Shown: piece by piece, positions 51,993 to 62,634 of the stretch
Position numbering within the stretch: the first letter of the stretch is position 1
Layout: each line of letters opens with the position of its first letter
DNA from: Anaeromyxobacteraceae bacterium
Lineage (GTDB): Bacteria; Myxococcota; Myxococcia; Myxococcales; Anaeromyxobacteraceae
DNA: 64,000 nt
Direction of reading: 5' to 3'
Assembly: GCA_047602405.1 (NCBI GenBank)
Contig: JASGHJ010000002.1
Location: 3,648,001-3,712,000 of the forward strand
The notes under the pieces: generated by a model
What the model was told of the DNA's origin: nothing
The model's database searches: none
The model's input: only the letters and a program-made list of their open reading frames with translations
Program-made: the position numbers and the translations under genes

Positions 51993-52834
51993 GGGCTCCC
52001 CTCCTCGTGGCTCACCGGGCCCGGCCGCACGCCCTCCACCCAGGGCGCGGCGTAGCCGATGCTCGCGCCGGGCCGCTCGCCGAACGCGACGAGCGCCGCG
52101 GCGGCGGCGTCCACCTCGGCGCCGGTGACCATCCCGGTCGCCGCGATGGCCTCGCGCGCGCCGGCGAGGTTGCCCGCGAGGTTCCGGGCGAAGCCCGGGA
52201 ACGCCGGGTCGCCCTGGCAGGCGCCGAAGAAGATCCAGGTCGAGCGGCGCGGAAGTGCCCCGGCGCCCACGAGCAGCGAGGCGAGCCGCCGCCCGACGTA
52301 CGGATCGTTGCCGAGCCGGTCGTAGGTCCGCACGAACGCGTCCCAGACCGCGCGGACGCCGGGGGGCTCCGGGTGCAGGCGCAGCAGCGAGTGATCGTCG
52401 TCGCAGAGCACGACGCGCCCGCCGGGGCGGACCGCCCGCACCATCCCGGCGACCACCACCTCCGGCGCGGGCACGTGCTCGAGCACGAACCGCGCGTGGG
52501 CGAGGTCGAAGGTGCCCCACTCGTCGCCGCGCAGGGGCAGGTCGAGCGCGTCGCCCTGGCGGAGCTCGAGCGCGCCGCCGCCGGGCTCCGCCGCCCCGAG
52601 CGCGCGGGCCCGCTCGAGCTGCTCCGGGCTCCGCTCGACGCCGAGCGCTGACCGCCCCGCCGCGCGCGCCATCGCCCGGCCGAGGTGGCCGAGGCCGCAG
52701 CCGACGTCGAGGACCCGCTCGCCCGGCCGCACCGCGACCTCGCGCAGGCAGGCGCCGTTCAGGAGGTCGTTGAGGAGCGCGAGCCGCGCCTGCTCCTCGG
52801 GGGTCGTGCCGTGGATGTAGCGCGAGTCGGCCAT
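51989..52834 (-). CDS. Class I SAM-dependent methyltransferase
   Basis: YIHG..EEQARL, VLDVGCGLG, ARFVLEHV, RPGG. Confidence 0.88.
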   Translation of the reverse strand: MADSRYIHGTTPEEQARLALLNDLLNGACLREVAVRPGERVLDVGCGLGHLGRAMARAAGRSALGVERSPEQLERARALGAAEPGGGALELRQGDALDLPLRGDEWGTFDLAHARFVLEHVPAPEVVVAGMVRAVRPGGRVVLCDDDHSLLRLHPEPPGVRAVWDAFVRTYDRLGNDPYVGRRLASLLVGAGALPRRSTWIFFGACQGDPAFPGFARNLAGNLAGAREAIAATGMVTGAEVDAAAAALVAFGERPGASIGYAAPWVEGVRPGPVSHEEGSP

Positions 52835-52848
52835 GGTGCGCGCGCTCC

Positions 52849-53907
52849 TCAGGGACGCAGCTTCCGCCCGAGCACCCGGAGCGAGGCCGCGTAGCGGTAG
52901 TCGATCCCCATGTGCCCGTCCTCGAACTCCTCGTGCACGACCTCGACGCCGCCAGCCCGCAGCGCCGCCACCACCATCCGGGCGCCCCAGCGCAGGTTGA
53001 ACTCGTCCCGGGTGCCGCAGTCCACGTAGCAGGTCTCGAGCGAGCGGAAGGCGTCGAGCGCGCGCGGCACGAAGCGCACCGGATCCTGCTCGAGCCAGCG
53101 GGCCCAGACCTCGTCTCGCGGGCGCGCGGTCTCGGGGTCGAACGGGAGGGCGGCCGCGAGCACGGCGCCGATCTCCTCCAGCCGCTCATCCCGAGCGTAG
53201 GCCCGCGCAGCGGGCCGGAGTCGAGGGACCGGCTCGTCCGCGTAGTTTGCCGCCATCGCGAACACGTTCACGACCGGGATGTCGTCGGGCCTCAGCTTCG
53301 CCTCCCGCGCCCGCCGCTTCATGCCCTCGAGCCAGCCCGCGAGGTCGCCGCCGGCCGCGAGCAGCGCGCCCGCCGCCTTCGGGAGATCGCCGAGGTACGC
53401 GTACTCGAAGAAGGCGTCCCCGGCGTGGCAGGCCGCGTGCGCGAAGGTGGCGGAGCGGTCGCGGACCATCGCGAGCGTGCCGTAGCCGCCGCTCGACTTC
53501 CCGAGCACGGCGCGCGCCTCGCGGCGCGGCGAGGTGCCGAGCTCGCGCTCGACGAGCCCGACCACGTCGTCGGCCACGTACGACTGGTACCGCCCCACCG
53601 CGGGCGCGTCGATCCACTGGGTGCCGCCGAGCGCGGTCCGGCCGTCGATGAAGACGCCCGCGATGGGCGGGACCTCGCCCGCGGCGACGAGCGCGTCGAG
53701 CCGCTCCGGGACGCTCGGCCCGAAGGGGCCGCCGAGGAGCCAGCCCGGGCCGCTGCCGGTGAAGCCGTGCAGGAAGTACGCGGCGGGCCGGCCGCGCGCG
53801 CCGCCGGGCGGCACGTACACGTGGACGGGGCGCCTCGAGGGATTGCCGAGCGGGTTCCCGGCGAGCGCGGCGGAGTCCACCTCGAGCGTGACGAGCGAGC
53901 CCTTCAT
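52849..53907 (-). CDS. Putative esterase (Fes/antigen-85-like alpha/beta hydrolase) carrying an in-frame repeat-derived insert
   Basis: LHGFTG, GKSSGGYG nucleophile elbow, DCGTRDEF, DGH. Confidence 0.85.
   Translation of the reverse strand: MKGSLVTLEVDSAALAGNPLGNPSRRPVHVYVPPGGARGRPAAYFLHGFTGSGPGWLLGGPFGPSVPERLDALVAAGEVPPIAGVFIDGRTALGGTQWIDAPAVGRYQSYVADDVVGLVERELGTSPRREARAVLGKSSGGYGTLAMVRDRSATFAHAACHAGDAFFEYAYLGDLPKAAGALLAAGGDLAGWLEGMKRRAREAKLRPDDIPVVNVFAMAANYADEPVPRLRPAARAYARDERLEEIGAVLAAALPFDPETARPRDEVWARWLEQDPVRFVPRALDAFRSLETCYVDCGTRDEFNLRWGARMVVAALRAGGVEVVHEEFEDGHMGIDYRYAASLRVLGRKLRP
53182..53229. repeat. Single 48-bp copy of the palindromic element inside the esterase gene
   Basis: CCGCTCATCCCGAGCGTA-GGCCCGC-GCA-GCGGGCC-GGAGTCGAGGGAC; translates as VPRLRPAARAYARDER. 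Confidence 0.85.
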
Positions 53908-53921
53908 GGCCGAGAGCCTAC

Positions 53922-53963
53922 CTCGAAAACGAAGGCGGCCGCCCCCGTGAGGAGCGGCCGCCT
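53922..53963 (-). terminator. Likely intrinsic terminator after the beta-barrel gene
   Basis: 10-bp stem AGGCGGCCGC/GCGGCCGCCT followed on the minus strand by TCGTTTTCG. Confidence 0.65.
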
Positions 53964-53984
53964 CGAGGTGCGACGCGGTCGGGG

Positions 53985-54641
53985 CTACAGCGTGAACTGA
54001 CCGCGGACGCCGATGGTGATGAAGTTGTGCACGGCCTGCTCGTCGATCTTGCCGGACTGATCGACGCCGGCCCCGAAGCCCTCGAGCTTCCCGTTCGAGT
54101 ACTTGCCGAAGCTCATCGAGACGAACGGCCCGACCTTGAGCTGCGGGGAGGCCTTGAAGTCCGCGCCGAGCTGCAGGTCGGCGAGCTCGAAGCCGCGGTA
54201 GCTGATCTTGCCCTCGTTGGGGCCCTGCGTGACCTTCAGGCTCCCCCACTCGTACCCGAAGCCGAAGCCGATCCAGGGCACGAACTGGGGATTGAGATCC
54301 TCGAACGCGAACGTGCCCTGGACGCCGAGCCGCACGTCGCGCGCGGAGCAGTCCACGCCGCTCGTGTCGCAGAGGTCCTTGATGTCGCCACCGATCCGGC
54401 CGAAGCCGTAGGAGACGAACGCTCCGACGTTGAACTCCTTCGTGACGTTGTAGCCGACGTCGAGCTGGAGCGGGATGGCGCCCTTGAGGACGTCGGACAT
54501 CTTCGAGTCCTTCGCGGCGTCGCCGCCCGCGATGGCGTAGCCGAGGCGGGCGCCGAGGGTCAGCTTCTGGGCCTGGGCGGAGGCGGCGGCGGGGACGGCG
54601 AGCGCGACCAGCGCGGCCGCGAGGAACGAGAGCTTGCGCAT
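53985..54641 (-). CDS. Outer-membrane beta-barrel protein
   Basis: GAAGGAGG RBS; signal peptide; amphipathic strands; CDTSGVDC loop; ends GVRGQFTL. Confidence 0.85.
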   Translation of the reverse strand: MRKLSFLAAALVALAVPAAASAQAQKLTLGARLGYAIAGGDAAKDSKMSDVLKGAIPLQLDVGYNVTKEFNVGAFVSYGFGRIGGDIKDLCDTSGVDCSARDVRLGVQGTFAFEDLNPQFVPWIGFGFGYEWGSLKVTQGPNEGKISYRGFELADLQLGADFKASPQLKVGPFVSMSFGKYSNGKLEGFGAGVDQSGKIDEQAVHNFITIGVRGQFTL

Positions 54642-54799
54642 GAGGGGTCCTCCTTCGAGTTCACTGCCAGGGCAGTCTGCCAGCCGTCCCGGGAGGGACG
54701 GCCAACCGCACCGAGAGGCTAACCCGTCGCGGGCCACCCGCAACAAACTGATCGTCGCTGCGCGGGTGCGCGCGGGCCGGGGCGCGCCCGGCCGCGGGC

Positions 54800-55402
54800 C
54801 TACGGATCGACCCGCACGCGCAGGCCGTAGTACATGAAGCCGCCCTTCGCGTTCTTGAGGTCGGTCGTGGTCACGTTCGAGTCGGCGAGCGACTGCGCGT
54901 CGTACTTCGACAGCGTGTAGGTGAGGAACGGGCCCACGCGGAAGTAGCCGAACGAGAGGTCCACGCCGACCTGGCCGTTGAAGGCCTCCATGCCGCTCGC
55001 GGTGAGGGCCTTCGCGTTCGAGCGGGCGATGCGCGCCCACTCGTAGCCGACGCCGGCGCCCACCCACGGCTTCACGATGGGCATGGGCAGCGTGAACGTG
55101 GCCTGCACGCCGGCGCGGATGATGCGGCCCGTGCAGTCGACGCCGGTCGCCGAGCAGTTCGCCGCCGCGCCGTCGACGCCGGAGGAGCCGTAGGAGCCGT
55201 AGACGCCGAGCGTGAGCCCCAGGAACAGCCGGTAGTCGAGGTCGATTCGGATCGGGACCTGGTTCGCGACGAGGTTGTCCTTCGACAGGTCCCCGAGCGC
55301 CTTCGCGTAGCCCACCCGGGCGCCGAGGCTGAGCTGGGCGTGCGAGGCGGTGGGGGCGACGAGCGCGACGGCGGCCACGGCGGCGAGAACGAACTTCTTC
55401 AT
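54800..55402 (-). CDS. Outer-membrane beta-barrel protein, paralog of the adjacent gene
   Basis: GGAGG RBS; signal peptide; LGARVGYA, CSATGVDC, PWVGAGVGYEW, VGPF shared with 53985-54641. Confidence 0.8.
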   Translation of the reverse strand: MKKFVLAAVAAVALVAPTASHAQLSLGARVGYAKALGDLSKDNLVANQVPIRIDLDYRLFLGLTLGVYGSYGSSGVDGAAANCSATGVDCTGRIIRAGVQATFTLPMPIVKPWVGAGVGYEWARIARSNAKALTASGMEAFNGQVGVDLSFGYFRVGPFLTYTLSKYDAQSLADSNVTTTDLKNAKGGFMYYGLRVRVDP

Positions 55403-55437
55403 CGGATTCCTCCGGTGAGGGGGGCTGCGTTGAGAGG

Positions 55438-55836
55438 TCAGCGCTCGCGCGCGAGCACGAGGCCACAGCGCGCGGCGAGCTCGCTCGTGCGGGCGAGCAG
55501 GCCCTGCGCCTCCACGTACAGCTCGGAGGCGTCGCCGCCGGCGGCGGGGTCCGGCAGCTCCTCGATGCGGGCGAGGAGGTCGGAGACGCGCAGGAGGTGC
55601 TGGTGCGCGAGCAAGAGGTCGCGCCCGAGCCGCGCGCCGCGGCGGGTGTAGATGACACCGGTCTGGAAGAGCTGCCCGAGCGCGCGGCGGTTGACCTCGT
55701 CGACCGTGCGACAGCGCTCCTGGAAGTCGCGGAGCCGGCGCGCGTCGCGCGCGTGCGCGAGATCGACGATGGCGGTCGCCCGGGCTCGCGCCCGCGGCCC
55801 CGTCGTCCGCGTCCGGCTCTGGACCCTCGTGGGCAT
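55438..55836 (-). CDS. Hypothetical helical protein
   Basis: Plausible codon usage; fills the gap downstream of alaS; start uncertain (55836 or 55857). Confidence 0.55.
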   Translation of the reverse strand: MPTRVQSRTRTTGPRARARATAIVDLAHARDARRLRDFQERCRTVDEVNRRALGQLFQTGVIYTRRGARLGRDLLLAHQHLLRVSDLLARIEELPDPAAGGDASELYVEAQGLLARTSELAARCGLVLARER

Positions 55837-55942
55837 CGACGCCGGGATGGTAGGCACCGGCGGCGATGCGGGTCAACGGCGGCCGGGCGGGAGGATCGGC
55901 GCCCCCCGCTTGACTCCGGCCGCGCTTCTTCGATCGCGCCGT

Positions 55943-58621
<2,679 letters not shown>

Positions 58622-58678
58622 AAGAGGGGGCGTAAGATAGCGGAACCACGCCCCCCGGGCCATCCCGGAGACGGCCCG

Positions 58679-59089
58679 TCAGCCGGGCGTCACCACCCGC
58701 CAGCGGCCGCCTTCACGCACCAGCTTGACCTCGGCCGGCGGGCCGTCCGGCGCGCCCGAGACCGTCACCCCCACCACCGCCTCGTCCGCGGACTCCCGGA
58801 CGACCACGACCTTCTGGACCCGCGGCGAGCCGCCCGCGAGGTCGCCGAGCACGAGGTCCTTCCCGGACGCCGGCGCACCCGGCACCGTCGCGGCGAGCGC
58901 CTTCGCCCGGGCGTCGAACGCCGCGCGCGACCGCTCGGAGAGGTGCGACCAGACGGTGCTGGTGTCGCCGGCGCGGGCGGCGGCGGCGAAGGCGCGGTAG
59001 GTCGCCTCGGGGCCCTCGTCCTTCCTGCAGCCGGCGAGGCCGGCGGAGCACAGCGCGAGGAGCACGGCGAGCGGGAGGAAGCGGCGCAT
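58679..59089 (-). CDS. Lipoprotein, NTF2-like/DUF4878-type
   Basis: LAGC lipobox; C-terminal VKLVREGGRWRV. Confidence 0.7.
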   Translation of the reverse strand: MRRFLPLAVLLALCSAGLAGCRKDEGPEATYRAFAAAARAGDTSTVWSHLSERSRAAFDARAKALAATVPGAPASGKDLVLGDLAGGSPRVQKVVVVRESADEAVVGVTVSGAPDGPPAEVKLVREGGRWRVVTPG

Positions 59090-59156
59090 GGCGGGAGCTT
59101 AGCGCGGCGGACGGGGTCCCGCCGACCCTCCCGTGACCCGGCGGCGGGTGGGGGCC

Positions 59157-59185
59157 TGAATCCGGATCGGCGGGTGCCCGCGTCT
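59157..59185 (+). promoter_or_regulatory. Possible ECF-sigma promoter for the downstream sigma operon
   Basis: TGAATCC-17 bp-CGTCT resembles ECF -35/-10 (GAAC...CGTC) and lies about 50 bp before the first gene. Confidence 0.4.
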
Positions 59186-59233
59186 CACGGGAACAGGAAC
59201 GCGGTACACCCCGTGCCCGGAGGCCCCACAGCG

Positions 59234-59680
59234 ATGAAGAAGCTCACCACCCTGATGCTCGCCGCCGCACCCTTCGTCGCCCGCGCCGACGGCGCCGACT
59301 TCGTCGAGAAGGCGATGCCCGGCGTCGCCACCGCGATCGTCTTCTCGTCGGTTATCGCGATCGTCGCCATCGTCTACTACTCCGCGCACCGGGCCCGCTC
59401 CCTGCGCCACGCCACGGTCCGCTACGCCCTCGAGAAGGGCGTCGCCCCGCCGGTGGAGCTGCTCGAGGAGGGGCGGAGCGCGGTCGACGACGTCAAGGAC
59501 CTCCGCCGCGGGCTCACCCTGCTCGGGCTCGGCCTCGGCCTGATGCTCACGATTCTCTTCCTCCCGAACGCCGCCGCCAACGAGGCGCCGTGGAGCCTCG
59601 GCTTCATCCCGGCGCTCGTCGGCCTCGGGTACCTCGTCACCTGGTTCGTGCGCGGCCGGCCCCTCGGCGTCCGGGCGTGA
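59234..59680 (+). CDS. Small membrane protein (DUF6249-like) upstream of the ECF sigma gene
   Basis: GGAGG RBS; three hydrophobic segments; ALEKG..PP, DLRRGL, GFIP..VGLGYL. Confidence 0.7.
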   Translation: MKKLTTLMLAAAPFVARADGADFVEKAMPGVATAIVFSSVIAIVAIVYYSAHRARSLRHATVRYALEKGVAPPVELLEEGRSAVDDVKDLRRGLTLLGLGLGLMLTILFLPNAAANEAPWSLGFIPALVGLGYLVTWFVRGRPLGVRA

Positions 59681-60262
59681 TCGACGACGCCGCCCTCGTC
59701 GCCCGGGTCCTCGCCGAGGACGACCGCCGGGCCTTCGCGGAGCTCGTCCGCCGGCACCAGTCCGCCGTGCGGACGGTGCTGCGGCGGCTCTGCGCCGGCG
59801 ACGCGGCGCGCGCCGACGACCTCGCGCAGGAGACCTTCCTGCGCGCGTACCGCAAGCTCCGCGACTGGCGGGGCGAGGGCCGGCTCTCGACCTGGCTGTA
59901 CGGGATCGCCTACCGGCTCTGGCTCAGCGACGCGCGGCTGAAGGCCCCGCGGATCGCCTCGGCGGCGGAGCTCGCCGCGGCCGGGCGCGCGGCGGCGCAG
60001 GCCGACGCGGGGCCGCACGCGGGCCTCGCCGCGCCGGCCGGCGCCGAGGCCGCGCACGCGCGAGTGGACCTCGCCCGCGCGTTCGCGGTGCTGCGCGACG
60101 AGGAGCGGGTCGCGCTCGCGCTCGCCTACGGCGAGGAGGCGACGCACGAGGAGGCGGCCCGGGTGCTCGACTGGCCGCTCGGGACGCTGAAGACGCACGT
60201 CACCCGCGGGAAGGAGAAGCTCCGCCGCTTCTTCGCCGCGGATCTCGGAGGCGCTGTCATGA
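59677..60262 (+). CDS. ECF (sigma-70 group 4) RNA polymerase sigma factor; as written reads through into the next gene
   Basis: AFAELVRRH, ADDLAQETFLRAY, STWLYGIA, PLGTLKTHVTRG. The 3' end is uncertain (see findings). Confidence 0.85.
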
Positions 60263-60585
60263 CCAACCCCGGTGACCCGGTGGACCCCATGGACGAGGCC
60301 CTCTCCCGCGGCCCCTACCTCGACGACGCCGGCTTCACCGCCCGCGTGATGGAGGGGCTCCCGCCGCCGCGCCGCGCCCGCGGGCGCGCGCTCGTGCCGC
60401 TCTTCGCGCTCGCCGCGGCCGGCCTCGCCGTCGCGCTCGCGCTCGGGCCGGGCGCGGGGATCCTGCCGGCGATCGTGGCGTGGCTGGGCGGCGGCGTGCA
60501 CGGCCTCTCGGCCGCGCCGGTCGCCGCGCTGGGCGCCGCGGGCGCGCTCGCCGCGGCGGGGCTGCTCGTGGCCTTCGCGGACTAA
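60259..60585 (+). CDS. Putative membrane anti-sigma factor
   Basis: GGAGG at 60247-60251 before ATG 60259; YLDDAGFTARVM then hydrophobic helices. Confidence 0.6.
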   Translation: MTNPGDPVDPMDEALSRGPYLDDAGFTARVMEGLPPPRRARGRALVPLFALAAAGLAVALALGPGAGILPAIVAWLGGGVHGLSAAPVAALGAAGALAAAGLLVAFAD

Positions 60586-61091
60586 TCCTCTTCCACGATC
60601 CGGCAGTGCTGGAGGCGGAGCTCCTCGAGGAACTTCGCCTTCAGGTCGAGGCCGCCGAAGGACGCGTCGATCGCGAACCGGTCGCCCTCGACGGAGGCGC
60701 CCTCCGATACCTCGAGCCGGCCGCCGAGCGCGACGGCGCCCTTCCCGACGCGCGCGCCGCGGGCGACCTTCACGTCGCCGCCGACCGCGACCACGTCCTC
60801 GAGCACGGTGGCGCCCGCCTCGACCCGGACGTCCCCGCCGATCGCGACCGCCTTCTCCACCACCGCGCCGCGGCGGATGGTGAGGTCGCCGTTCACGGCG
60901 ACGGCCTCCTCCACCTGGGCGTTCTCCTCGATGACGAGCGGCCCGTCCCGCGCGACCCGGTCGTTCGGACCCTGCGTGAGGGTGCACCCGTCGACGCGGA
61001 CGTGACCCGCCTTGCGGTGGTCGGCCCCGGAGGCCGAGGCGGCGAGCGGGAGGGCGGCGAGCGTCAGGGCGAGCAACCGGACGGTGGTCAT
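60582..61091 (-). CDS. Secreted beta-helix repeat protein (bactofilin/polymer-forming-like)
   Basis: Signal peptide; four repeats AVAVNGD/AVAIGGD/VVAVGGD/AVALGG at 18-aa spacing. Confidence 0.65.
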   Translation of the reverse strand: MTTVRLLALTLAALPLAASASGADHRKAGHVRVDGCTLTQGPNDRVARDGPLVIEENAQVEEAVAVNGDLTIRRGAVVEKAVAIGGDVRVEAGATVLEDVVAVGGDVKVARGARVGKGAVALGGRLEVSEGASVEGDRFAIDASFGGLDLKAKFLEELRLQHCRIVEED

Positions 61092-61229
61092 GGGATTTCC
61101 CGGGCGTGAGGCCGGCCTGCTCCTCTGCCCCGAGGAAGGGAACCGAACACTCCTGCGCCGGGCTTTACGTCCGAGCCCCTCCCCTATTTCGCGCCGGCTT
61201 CCCAGCTTTGCCCCTGGGAGGGAGCACGC

Positions 61230-62015
61230 ATGGACCTTAGGAAGCTCGCGCTCGTGGGCGCGATCGCACTGGCGGCCTGCCAGCACGGGAAGCAGACGAG
61301 GACGGTGGCCCAGGCCCCCGACAACACGTCCTCGCAGGGGACGGCGACGTCCGGCACGGCGTCCGGCACCGGCAGCACGACGGGCAGCACGTCCGGCACC
61401 GCCGGGGCGACCGGCACCGGCGACACGGCGGGGGGGACGGCGTCGACCGACGCCTACGGGCAGTCGGGCACGGGCTCGGGAGGCTCGGCGTCCGGGATGG
61501 CGCACTCCGATGACCGCGTCATCGTCGGGACCGTCAAGCAGGTGAGCCCGAAGTCCGTCGACATCCAGGACGCGGCGAGCGGGCAGTCGAAGACGCTGCA
61601 GATCGCGCCCGAGACGTTGATCGAGGCCGGGGGCGGCGCCTCCGGCCAGCTCGTGGAGGGCCAGCAGGTCCGCGCGAGCTACAACCGCAAGGACGGGAAG
61701 GACACGGCCGTCCGCATCGAGGGGATGAACACCGGCGCGACGCCGCCGCACACCGGCGGCACGGGCACCGATCCGTCGGGCACGGGCTCCTCGGGCACCG
61801 GCTCCTCGGGCACGATGGGCGAGCCGGGGACGTCCACGGGTGGCACCGGCTCGTCGGGGACCACCGGCACGCCGGACCCGACGCTGCCGCCGGGCTCGAC
61901 GAACCCGCAGTCGCCCACGCAGCCGACGCCGCCGTCGCCGCCCGTCCAGACGCCGCCGTCGAGTGGCGGGCTGGCAGAAGTAGCGGGGCTCAGCGCGCCG
62001 GGCGGCGCAGCCTGA
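61230..62015 (+). CDS. Lipoprotein with a small beta domain between Gly/Ser/Thr/Pro-rich linkers
   Basis: GGAG RBS; ALAAC lipobox; IVGTVKQV...EGQQVRASY...AVRI. Confidence 0.7.
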   Translation: MDLRKLALVGAIALAACQHGKQTRTVAQAPDNTSSQGTATSGTASGTGSTTGSTSGTAGATGTGDTAGGTASTDAYGQSGTGSGGSASGMAHSDDRVIVGTVKQVSPKSVDIQDAASGQSKTLQIAPETLIEAGGGASGQLVEGQQVRASYNRKDGKDTAVRIEGMNTGATPPHTGGTGTDPSGTGSSGTGSSGTMGEPGTSTGGTGSSGTTGTPDPTLPPGSTNPQSPTQPTPPSPPVQTPPSSGGLAEVAGLSAPGGAA

Positions 62016-62601
62016 GGCGGTACACGGGCTCGTTCGCCGCGAGGTAGCGCTTCTCGCGGGTGGAGGGGAGCTCGCCGGGGGCCGGGTCGCAGAAGCGGCC
62101 CGGCCCCGCCTCGTTCACGAAGCCGCACGCCTCGAGCCGCGCGACCGCGTCGTGGCCGTAGCGGGGGACGTCGGTCCGGAAGTCGAGGAGCCCACCGGGC
62201 GCGAGGAGCCCGAGCAAGAGGAGCCCCATCCCGTCGTCGACGAGCCGGCGCCGGTGGTGCCGCCGCTTCCACCAGGGATCCGGGAAGTGGACGTGGATGG
62301 CGGCGAGGGAGCCCGCCGCGAAGAGCCGCGGCGCCATCAGCCGGGCGTCGCCCTGCAGCGCGAGGAGGTTGTCGAGGCCCCGGCGCGAGGCCTTCTCGGC
62401 GAGCGCCTGTGCGAACGACTTCCGCTGCTCGATGGCGACGAGCGCCCGGTCGGGGTGATGTCGCGCGAAGGCGAGGGCGAAGCCTCCGTGCCCGGCGCCG
62501 ATCTCGAGCTCGAGCGCGGCGGCGCGGGGGCCCAGGAGCGCGGCCCAGTCGGGGAACTCGGAGAGCGCGATGGGCGCTTCGTCCTCGGCGAGGAAGATCA
62601 T
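61990..62601 (-). CDS. trmB: tRNA (guanine-N7)-methyltransferase
   Basis: LEIGAGHGGF, HFPDPWWKRRHHRRRL, FRTD, STRE. Confidence 0.92.
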   Translation of the reverse strand: MIFLAEDEAPIALSEFPDWAALLGPRAAALELEIGAGHGGFALAFARHHPDRALVAIEQRKSFAQALAEKASRRGLDNLLALQGDARLMAPRLFAAGSLAAIHVHFPDPWWKRRHHRRRLVDDGMGLLLLGLLAPGGLLDFRTDVPRYGHDAVARLEACGFVNEAGPGRFCDPAPGELPSTREKRYLAANEPVYRLRLRRPAR

Positions 62602-62634
62602 GAGCGGCTCTCTCTACCATGCTAGAAGTCCGGG

